52,087 bases of DNA from a virus (lineage: Duplodnaviria; Caudoviricetes), in IMG/VR virus record IMGVR_UViG_3300024246_000007, positions 1-52,087 of that record; one strand, given 5' to 3'. This document shows positions 1-7,346 of this stretch, in pieces; position 1 is the stretch's first letter; every line of letters begins with the position of its first letter. A model generated the notes under the pieces. It had not been told where the DNA came from. It ran no database searches and saw only the letters and a program-made list of their open reading frames with translations. Position numbers and translations under genes: made by a program.

Positions 1-810
1 GATCCGATAGCGGTTGACCTCCTGCCAGTTCAGGGCGTTACCCGGATCGTTGCCGTAGAATACAAGAATCCAGCCAGACGACATGAAGAACGCAATCAGA
101 TCGAGAACACCGTTGCCGCCATCATGGCTATAGGTGGCGATGTTGACCAGATTTCCACCGTTCGGCGAGAACGCCGCGAGGTCGTAGAAGGCAAGTGCTC
201 CAGAGATCGAGTTCAGCGGAGCATACCAGAACCCGGTCGAGTTGTTCTGCCAGAAGAACAGCCGCTGCTGATATTGCTTGACGCCAACCAGTGTCGACAG
301 CGTGACGCCCGTGAACGTGGAATTTGTGAGCGTTGCCCCATCGAAGACCTGCATCGTATCGGAGCCGTTGCAGAAGAACAGTCGCGAAAGGAACTGCTCG
401 GTCTGCCACGCGTCGTTGGTGAACGGGCCCGGACTCGGTCCAAACCCTGATGAGAAGCCAGAGGAAAACCCTGAGGAGACCGCAGCCACGCCGCCGCCTG
501 AAGTGATATCCCAGATCGAACCTGATGCCGCAGCTAAAAATCTTCGAATTGATCCCGCATTGTATTCTGCCAGCGTCTTGACCGCACCGGAGCCTAGACT
601 ATTGGCATAGACCGTGTAGCCGTTGCGCAGGTTGAGGCCGCTCGTGTCGGGATACCAGTTGTCGAGCTGTACCGCGTCGAGCGGGTCCATCGCCGTCAGT
701 GCGTCTCGGGTATTCCAGCCCTTGATGGGAGACGGCACGGAGGGAGGCGCTATCGCGACCGGCGCTGCAGCGATCTGCAGGCGCTGTTGACGGTTGAGAC
801 GGCGGGTCAT
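1..810 (-). CDS. Tail/DNA-stabilisation protein (P22 gp10-like), 3' part outside window
   Basis: ATG at 810 overlaps stop of 807..1802; reads MTRRLNRQQRLQIAAAPVAIAPPSVPSPIKGWNTRDALTAMDPLDAVQLDNWYP... and is still open at base 1 (...FYGNDPGNALNWQEVNRYRI); position after the adaptor. Confidence 0.6.
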   Translation of the reverse strand, partial: MTRRLNRQQRLQIAAAPVAIAPPSVPSPIKGWNTRDALTAMDPLDAVQLDNWYPDTSGLNLRNGYTVYANSLGSGAVKTLAEYNAGSIRRFLAAASGSIWDITSGGGVAAVSSGFSSGFSSGFGPSPGPFTNDAWQTEQFLSRLFFCNGSDTMQVFDGATLTNSTFTGVTLSTLVGVKQYQQRLFFWQNNSTGFWYAPLNSISGALAFYDLAAFSPNGGNLVNIATYSHDGGNGVLDLIAFFMSSGWILVFYGNDPGNALNWQEVNRYRI

Positions 811-1802
811 GTACCGAGCACACCCCCAAAATTTGTCTCGGGCAAGTTCCATGGACCAATTAAAGTCAAACTATTGTTTGGCGTCAGATTTAGAATAGCC
901 GCACCGCCATCCTTGCTCATCGCCTTCGAAACTTCATGCTCGTATTCGTCGAGCTCTTCCGAATAGCTCATGCCCTTGCGGCGAAGCACGCGCCAGAGCA
1001 AGCCGAGCTGGATCAGATATTCGTCGATGACTCCGGTGTCAGTGTCGGCCAGCCATGAGGACTGGAATACGCCTCCGGAGGACTGACACCATCCAGTTGA
1101 GACGTATTCAAAGACTAACTGTGCGCCATTGTCGGTCGGCACCGGATCGATCGATAGGATTGTGGTCCCGGTCGGTGAGCGCCGGAAGCGAAACCGCCGT
1201 TGGATAGAGGCCCGGCCGATCACCGATGACTTATAGAGCTGCCATTGCTGCGGCGAGAGCGGCCCGCGCATCGACCAGAACCGCGAACGATCCCAGAACG
1301 TGTTGTCGACCGGAGTTTTGTAATCGGACGGCAGCACATAGTCACTCTGTCCGAGTAGGAACTGTCCCGCCCCGGTCTGCGTTGCTGGTAGCGACAGCGT
1401 CACGGTCGAGTTCGGATCGGCGTTCGTCACCGCGGTAATCAGCGAATTGTTGCGCACGCCTGTTCCGAAGGCATACCAGCCGCTGGATGTCACCGGATTG
1501 GCAGGTGCCGCGATCGTCACGCTTCCGCTCAACGTCAGACCTGAGATCACCGCAACCCCGCCAGCCCCGGAATTGGCGATCGTGCCGGCCTGCTGCGGTA
1601 GCGAAGATGTCGTGAAATCGTATTCCCTGACCTGATCAACCCAGCCGAAATCAGGCTTTCGTGCCAGTTCTTCCCCAGCCTTAATGGCGAGGTAATAGAG
1701 CAGCGTTGCGGTCTCGTCCTGCCCGACGCTCGCGACGATCGCGGACGGAAGCGCGAGCGGAATAGAGGCTGCGACGGATTGGCAGATCGTGAGCAAACTC
1801 AT
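807..1802 (-). CDS. Head-tail adaptor / tail tubular protein A-like
   Basis: 331 aa; N-term MSLLTICQ, 'YVLPSDY', C-term 'IDEYLIQLGLLWRVLRRKGMSYSEE'; position upstream of gp10-like gene. Confidence 0.6.
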   Translation of the reverse strand: MSLLTICQSVAASIPLALPSAIVASVGQDETATLLYYLAIKAGEELARKPDFGWVDQVREYDFTTSSLPQQAGTIANSGAGGVAVISGLTLSGSVTIAAPANPVTSSGWYAFGTGVRNNSLITAVTNADPNSTVTLSLPATQTGAGQFLLGQSDYVLPSDYKTPVDNTFWDRSRFWSMRGPLSPQQWQLYKSSVIGRASIQRRFRFRRSPTGTTILSIDPVPTDNGAQLVFEYVSTGWCQSSGGVFQSSWLADTDTGVIDEYLIQLGLLWRVLRRKGMSYSEELDEYEHEVSKAMSKDGGAAILNLTPNNSLTLIGPWNLPETNFGGVLGT

Positions 1803-1805
1803 GCT

Positions 1806-2069
1806 TCAATCCACCGGAAGGCCGGCGGCGCAACGGACCAACCATTGCCGCGCCAGATCGAACTGTATGATAGGATCATACGCGCCATCGTTGATGCCCC
1901 AGCCGATAATCACGGGATGTGCCCGCTCTCGCGGCATGATCGCGAACAATCCATCAACGTCACCATAGTTGCCGGCCTCGATACGATCAGCAAGCGCGCG
2001 GAGCTGTGCCGGGATTTCAGCAAGCGTCGGACCTTCGCGCAGCGGCACGACCTTGAGATCGGCGGTCAC
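1806..2069 (-). CDS. Hypothetical phage protein
   Basis: 87 aa, start overlaps upstream stop within the late operon. Confidence 0.55.
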   Translation of the reverse strand: MTADLKVVPLREGPTLAEIPAQLRALADRIEAGNYGDVDGLFAIMPRERAHPVIIGWGINDGAYDPIIQFDLARQWLVRCAAGLPVD

Positions 2070-2254
2070 TTCCGGTCCTTCGCGTCGAGCCGCTTCGTCA
2101 AATCCTTCGCGTGCTTGTTTGCGGTCGCTATCGCCACGCCTTCGTCAACGCCGGCCTTGACCATGGCGGTTGCCTGTTTAGCAGCCTTGTTCGCCTGCGG
2201 CTTAGTCAGGCTGTGGTTGTGCTTGGCCTTGAAGGATTTTCCGGACCACGGCAT
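2066..2254 (-). CDS. Small basic phage protein
   Basis: 62 aa, Lys/Ala-rich, operon-packed. Confidence 0.6.
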   Translation of the reverse strand: MPWSGKSFKAKHNHSLTKPQANKAAKQATAMVKAGVDEGVAIATANKHAKDLTKRLDAKDRK

Positions 2255-2256
2255 GG

Positions 2257-2490
2257 CTATTTGTCCCGCTTTGCGAGCCGGCTTTCGAGTTTTTCACCCA
2301 AAACCCGGTTCGCCTTGGCGTCTATCTTGGCCTCCTCAGACTTGGACATGCGACCGGCATTGACCGCCTGTGTGGCGCGCGCCTTGGCGTTTGCGGCGTG
2401 AGATTTATCGGGAACCGGAAAAGAGCGGTTCGGCCCGGCGAATTTTCCCGCCGGCAGGGCGTTGCGGCCTTTTGACGTCAGCTTGCTCAT
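2257..2490 (-). CDS. Small basic phage protein
   Basis: 77 aa 'RNALPAGKFAGPNRSFPVPDKSHAANAKARA', a motif type recurrent in phage head modules. Confidence 0.65.
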   Translation of the reverse strand: MSKLTSKGRNALPAGKFAGPNRSFPVPDKSHAANAKARATQAVNAGRMSKSEEAKIDAKANRVLGEKLESRLAKRDK

Positions 2491-2493
2491 GGC

Positions 2494-2721
2494 TCAATTC
2501 CTCGTCGAGATCAGCTTCGGTTTGCCCTTGGCTTCGAGCTTGTCGATCCGGTGATCCAGCGCAACGACAAGGTCGGTCAGCGATGCAATCTGGTCCTGCA
2601 TGCCTTCCATGGCCTTCAGGAGGTTGCCAATTGCGGCCATCTCGTCTGAGTTCTCAGCCACCTTGCGGAGCCCGAGAACGGTTGGCGCCGGTGCGCCAAG
2701 CCCGGGAAGGGCTTTGCTCAC
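2494..2721 (-). CDS. Hypothetical coiled-coil protein
   Basis: 75 aa, operon-packed. Confidence 0.5.
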   Translation of the reverse strand: MSKALPGLGAPAPTVLGLRKVAENSDEMAAIGNLLKAMEGMQDQIASLTDLVVALDHRIDKLEAKGKPKLISTRN

Positions 2722-3485
2722 GCCGCATCTCCTGCCGCTCGGGCCGCAAGCTCGGCATTGGACGGACGGCCGCGCCGACGCGGCTCGGGAAGATTGGCAA
2801 GACTGGACTGGCCGACAGGTTCCATGGGCTGGGCCTGCTGTGCCACCCCGACCGGATCATGCTGGCCTGGGACATAGGTTGCGATGGCGGATGGCGCGTT
2901 CTGCATGGCGATGACCTGGCTGGACAGTTTTTCGGCCAGCGCTGACAGATTGGCGATCTTCTCGTTCTGCTCGGCAATCGTCCGCTCAAGGCGCTCGTTC
3001 GCCGCCGTGGTCTGCGTCAGAAGCGCTGCCGCCTTCTCATCATCGAGATATGTTTCGGCCAGCTGCTTCAGCCGCCGTCCCATCATCGGGATTTTCTGCA
3101 TGGCAAGGTCGCTCATCGCCGCGACCTGCTCGACGGTCTGGAAACCGAGATATTTCAGTTCCAGCACCATTTCACGCTTAAGGACCGGCCATTGCTCGAG
3201 CGGGATGCCGTCGACCGACATTTCCTGACCGGCCTTGAAGCGCTTGTACTCCTCCGGCCAGCGCTCGATATGCTCCTGATTGACCTTCTCGACCGGCTTC
3301 GTGAGCTGCGAGATGCCAGGCATGATGATCTCGACCCGCTCCTCAGCCTTGAAGATGTCGCGGCCCTGCTGTGCCGTAGCGAGATGGTCCTTCACTGAAT
3401 CGGTGAAAAACCTCGGATAGGTGTTCGATGACGGCGCACCCTGCGTGCGGGTGTAGGAGCCTTGCTTAAGTTCGCTCATGTTCAT
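2718..3485 (-). CDS. Conserved phage head-module protein with coiled coil
   Basis: 255 aa; 'PRFF...ERWPEEYKRFKAG...GIPLEQWP...LGFQTVEQVA'. Confidence 0.7.
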   Translation of the reverse strand: MNMSELKQGSYTRTQGAPSSNTYPRFFTDSVKDHLATAQQGRDIFKAEERVEIIMPGISQLTKPVEKVNQEHIERWPEEYKRFKAGQEMSVDGIPLEQWPVLKREMVLELKYLGFQTVEQVAAMSDLAMQKIPMMGRRLKQLAETYLDDEKAAALLTQTTAANERLERTIAEQNEKIANLSALAEKLSSQVIAMQNAPSAIATYVPGQHDPVGVAQQAQPMEPVGQSSLANLPEPRRRGRPSNAELAARAAGDAA

Positions 3486-3945
3486 GTTTCTCCTTTTCTT
3501 TGTTGAATACTGCTCTCAGGTCTGCCCCGATCGTATCGTCGGGCTTCATGAGCAGATTTGCGCGTTCAATTTCTTTGGCAAATTCGTCATCTAGAGATAA
3601 ATCATGGCCGTTCGGAATCACCGGATTATAAAGACGCGACCGAATCCAAAGTCGTAGCCTCAAGATCCATGACGTTCTCGATTTGAACGCAGCATATTCC
3701 TTGGGCCAACGAACTCGATGAGCGTCTGTAACAACGAAAGCGGGCGCCAACGCGCCAAAGCAAACATTTGGATAGAGAAATTGGACGCGCTCCTCTACCC
3801 AGAATCTCGGTTTGCGACCTAGAACGTCGTCTTGATCTGTCGCATGAAATACGAAAAATCTTGGAGTAACTGAATCGACAAATTCACCACCGATCGCGCT
3901 ATAGCTGCCATATCGGTAGTAATTTCCCTGTTTGAGTTCTCTCAT
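3466..3945 (-). CDS. Divergent paralogue of the N-terminal part of 2718..3485
   Basis: Shares ELKQG.Y, PRFF, EERV and RWP.EY..FK motifs; visibly AT-richer. Confidence 0.6.
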   Translation of the reverse strand: MRELKQGNYYRYGSYSAIGGEFVDSVTPRFFVFHATDQDDVLGRKPRFWVEERVQFLYPNVCFGALAPAFVVTDAHRVRWPKEYAAFKSRTSWILRLRLWIRSRLYNPVIPNGHDLSLDDEFAKEIERANLLMKPDDTIGADLRAVFNKEKEKHEHERT

Positions 3946-3949
3946 TTAG

Positions 3950-4294
3950 TCACTCTTCGGCTGGATTGGTCGGCTCCATGACGTTCATGTCGTCGAGTTC
4001 CTCATCCGCTGAGATGATCTTGGTCTCTTCGACGTAGTCAGGCTTCGACGCCTCAGTGGGATTGACCCAAAATGGCGGCGTTTCCGACACGGGTGTCTCG
4101 ACCTTTGCCGGCTCTTCGGTCGCCGCCGCAGCTTCGCGCATGTCCGCCGTGTGCTTCGCGTGGAGATAGCTCTGGTATGCGTCAGGATGGTTGCGGATGT
4201 CGGTCTCGGTAGCCAGCCCGTGATACTCTCCGCCGAGCGCCGGCGCGCGGAGCATGAATTTCCCGGTCTCTGGATGATCGTAGAAATCGGCCAT
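3950..4294 (-). CDS. Hypothetical acidic phage protein
   Basis: 114 aa; RBS (AAGGAG) upstream. Confidence 0.6.
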   Translation of the reverse strand: MADFYDHPETGKFMLRAPALGGEYHGLATETDIRNHPDAYQSYLHAKHTADMREAAAATEEPAKVETPVSETPPFWVNPTEASKPDYVEETKIISADEELDDMNVMEPTNPAEE

Positions 4295-4303
4295 GGCTGC
4301 TCC

Positions 4304-4660
4304 TTATGCGCTGAGGTTGACGAACCACGTCAAACCGTTCGAAATCGCGATCGCCGATTTCGCGTTTGTGACGGAGAACGACGCATTCACGGTTCCTCCG
4401 TTGATGTTCCCGCCGACCGGCGGATACAGCAACAGCGGATTGGCGCCGCCGTTGACGATCAAATACATTCCGGGTGCTCCGAGTATCGCGCCGGTGTTCG
4501 AGCCGACAGTGCCGAATACCGAGAAATTCGATGTCAGCGCGAGTGCTGTTCCTTGCGTGGTGCCGGTTGCTGTCAAAGCAGCGCTTGCCGGATCTTGAGC
4601 GAGAAGATTGGCTTGCAAAGCAGTCAAGCCGCTGCTCATGAGTTCAGATTTCAGAGGCAT
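4304..4660 (-). CDS. Putative small virion structural protein
   Basis: 118 aa Gly/Ala/Thr/Asn-rich beta-type; 'LLLYPPVGGNING'. Confidence 0.55.
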   Translation of the reverse strand: MPLKSELMSSGLTALQANLLAQDPASAALTATGTTQGTALALTSNFSVFGTVGSNTGAILGAPGMYLIVNGGANPLLLYPPVGGNINGGTVNASFSVTNAKSAIAISNGLTWFVNLSA

Positions 4661-4661
4661 T

Positions 4662-6482
4662 TCAGTTCTCCATTGCCTTGAGCCAGCGCTGCCAGGCGGT
4701 TTCGAGTACGTCGATCGTGTCGCGCTTCCACACGGTCAACTGATGCTTTCCCAGCCAAGGGAAGGATTCGGGAGGCGTGATGCCGCCGAACCGTTGCCAC
4801 CAGCTTTCACCCATTGAGACCGGCCGGAGCGGGTCTATCTCGGCCGATGGCTTGATTTCGATGAATGGCCAGTCCGAGAACTGCAGCAGCTCTGCCGGGC
4901 CGTTGGCGACGATCATGTTGCACTTCGCAGCGGAATAGAGCGCGGCGCGGGTGATCAGGTCCAGCGAGGCTTCCGGATAGGTGGCAAAGTCATCAAGCGG
5001 CTCATGCGCCTTGGCGGTGTCGCGCACGAAGACGACGTTATGCCCTTCATCGCGGCGCCGACGCGCGAATTCCAGCCACGCATTGATATTCGAGTTTCGC
5101 TCCGGAGAATAGCGTGTCTCGCGCAGCGTGATCACGATCGGGTCACTGAGATGACGGGTATACAGCCGCCGTAGCACATGCATGCGAGCGGCCATGGGAA
5201 CTTCGACCTTCGGCACCTCTTCCCCGGTCTTGAATCCGTCCGTGATCGGCCGATACCAGTAATGATATTGCCGGCCATGGATCGCACCGGGCTCTTCCTT
5301 GGCGCCGAACAAGGCAAGAGCAGGCCGCATCACCTTATCCATGATTTGGCGCTTCTCGGGCAGGTTCTGAACGTCGCCCTTCCGGAAACCCTCGTCAGTT
5401 CCGTCGACAAAGGCGACCAGCAACGGGGCCGGTGCACCGCGGCGCCGACGATCCATCTCCGCATTCACCAGCCATGTGATGAAATCGAAGCTCGCCGGCA
5501 CCTTGGAGAGATCACAGGTCGCTGCGTTATCGGGCCATGCCGAAATCATCTCCCGGGCGATGGTCGGCAACAGCCCATCGCCGTGAACCGTGATGGTGCA
5601 GCCGAATTCGGCCAGCATGCCAGAGAAGCGCGTGAACGCTTCGGCCTGCTTGAACATGGCAAACGAGCAGTTGAACTTGCGGCCGGCGCAGATAATGCCT
5701 AGGCGCTTGGATTCGGCCTTGTTCTTCTCCTGGTCATAGGCATGCGCCCGGCCGTCGTCGCTATCCGACGAGTCGTAGCCGTAGAGATGCAGCATCCGAT
5801 AGCCCAGCGCGGTTGCGGCCGAGATCGCGACCAGCCCCACCGTGATCATGCCGCCAACCAGAACGATATTCCGTCCCTTGTTCCGGCTGTTGGACAGGCA
5901 TTCGTTCAGATCCGGGTGCGGCTGGTGAAACATGGTCACGTCGGCACCGCGCTCGACCAGATAATCAAATAGCGACGGGTCGCACATCGATGACAGCAGA
6001 TAGCGCTTGGCGTGCAGCCCATCGAGGAAGGCGACATTCCCCGGCCGCGCATCGCAGATCACCTGATAGTCGACCTCGATGCCGTGATCAGAGAGATATT
6101 TGGCAGAGCCGTTCAGCGCGAATATCTTTTGGCCGTAATTCTTCCGTTCGGCTATTTCGTATAGCTGGAGCTCGACCGACGTCCCGCCGCCGACCATCAC
6201 GGCATGACCTTCATGCGGGCCGGTCAGATTGAGCCACGGCACATCGGTGCGGGCTCCGTTCGCGGTCATATTGCGCAGGTGCGTCGCAATCGTCGAGTTT
6301 TGCAATGCGTCTACCTGCATCTGCCATTCAGGGATCTCAACTTCCGTGATCCCATCTTCAAGCATAGCGGCGCGAATTACCTTCTGCTCGTCGAACTCGA
6401 TTGCTACCGAAATTTCGGCATTTTCTCGCTCAGGCGACCACAGCATATTTCCTGCATCTTTAATCTTAGGAAGAAGATTCAT
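4662..6482 (-). CDS. Two-domain protein: DUF115/Maf/MptE-like domain plus putative GT-B glycosyltransferase domain
   Basis: 606 aa; 'AVMVGGGTS...IFALNGS...DYQVICDARP...LGYRMLHLYGYDS'; C-term 'IVITLRE...RNSNINAWLEF...VVFVRD...RAALYSAAKCNMIVANGP'. Confidence 0.6.
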   Translation of the reverse strand: MNLLPKIKDAGNMLWSPERENAEISVAIEFDEQKVIRAAMLEDGITEVEIPEWQMQVDALQNSTIATHLRNMTANGARTDVPWLNLTGPHEGHAVMVGGGTSVELQLYEIAERKNYGQKIFALNGSAKYLSDHGIEVDYQVICDARPGNVAFLDGLHAKRYLLSSMCDPSLFDYLVERGADVTMFHQPHPDLNECLSNSRNKGRNIVLVGGMITVGLVAISAATALGYRMLHLYGYDSSDSDDGRAHAYDQEKNKAESKRLGIICAGRKFNCSFAMFKQAEAFTRFSGMLAEFGCTITVHGDGLLPTIAREMISAWPDNAATCDLSKVPASFDFITWLVNAEMDRRRRGAPAPLLVAFVDGTDEGFRKGDVQNLPEKRQIMDKVMRPALALFGAKEEPGAIHGRQYHYWYRPITDGFKTGEEVPKVEVPMAARMHVLRRLYTRHLSDPIVITLRETRYSPERNSNINAWLEFARRRRDEGHNVVFVRDTAKAHEPLDDFATYPEASLDLITRAALYSAAKCNMIVANGPAELLQFSDWPFIEIKPSAEIDPLRPVSMGESWWQRFGGITPPESFPWLGKHQLTVWKRDTIDVLETAWQRWLKAMEN

Positions 6483-6718
6483 TATCTCACCAAAACGCCA
6501 GTGAAAGTGAGCGTACTGAAATCATTGTTGGTGTTCTGCTGGATCTCGTCGTCAACGCTGACCATACCCTCAAAATATGAATCAATGGATGTGTTTCCAG
6601 GATCTGTGATGCGGACGATCACATCACCAACTTTTACGCCAACTACACTGATCGCTCCTGACGTGGCTCGTCCTGAGAACGTCACTTTCATGACGGTAGT
6701 AGATGAAAATGTTGACAT
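6482..6718 (-). CDS. Small hypothetical beta-rich protein
   Basis: 78 aa, RBS AAGGAAG, TAATG coupling to downstream gene, AT-richer. Confidence 0.5.
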   Translation of the reverse strand: MSTFSSTTVMKVTFSGRATSGAISVVGVKVGDVIVRITDPGNTSIDSYFEGMVSVDDEIQQNTNNDFSTLTFTGVLVR

Positions 6719-6729
6719 CTCGCTTCCTT

Positions 6730-6765
6730 ATAAAAGAGCGGTGCCCAGTTTTTGCTGGGCACCGC
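6730..6765 (-). terminator. Intrinsic terminator after capsid/decoration genes
   Basis: 11-bp perfect stem GCGGTGCCCAG/CTGGGCACCGC, 6-nt loop, followed by TCTTTTAT on the minus strand. Confidence 0.75.
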
Positions 6766-6773
6766 CAAGATCC

Positions 6774-7331
6774 TCAGATGATCTGCCCCTGCGAGAACGG
6801 ACGCTGCATAACCGCAGTGATCGTCGAAGTCGCCGACGCCACCGTGGCCGCATTGACCGAACGGAGGTTCATGATCTCCTTTGTGGAGCCCAACAGGCTG
6901 GTGACCCGGCCCGCCGTGACACCGCTCAAGTAGAGCGGAACGCTCGGCGAGACCGAGACGGCACCCTTCTTGATGACGGCACAGCCAGCGATCTGGTACC
7001 AGCCATAATAGCCGGATACACAAGCCGCCATCGCAACCGCCAGCGGCTGATTGCCGCTCGCGCCAACGCCAGTCGCCGTCGTCGAGGACAGCGTCGTCGT
7101 GCCGTTCACCGGATCATATGTGACCAGCGAGCCGACAAGAGTCGACGCCACGCCCTTCAGATAGATGAACTCCCCGCCGCCGAACGTCGGGTCGATCGCT
7201 CTCACGATCTCGCCAATGGTATGCTGCGGGTTGAACACGGTCGACTGACCGGGCTGGTAGAGCGTGTTGATCGCGACGGTCGCACCGATCGGCTGGACGC
7301 CGAGACGGTTTTCAGTGGGATTGTATGCCAT
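6774..7331 (-). CDS. Putative capsid decoration / minor capsid protein
   Basis: 185 aa directly after capsid gene; 'GGGEFIYLKG...YYGWYQIAG'. Confidence 0.6.
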   Translation of the reverse strand: MAYNPTENRLGVQPIGATVAINTLYQPGQSTVFNPQHTIGEIVRAIDPTFGGGEFIYLKGVASTLVGSLVTYDPVNGTTTLSSTTATGVGASGNQPLAVAMAACVSGYYGWYQIAGCAVIKKGAVSVSPSVPLYLSGVTAGRVTSLLGSTKEIMNLRSVNAATVASATSTITAVMQRPFSQGQII

Positions 7332-7346
7332 GTGTCATGCCCTCCC

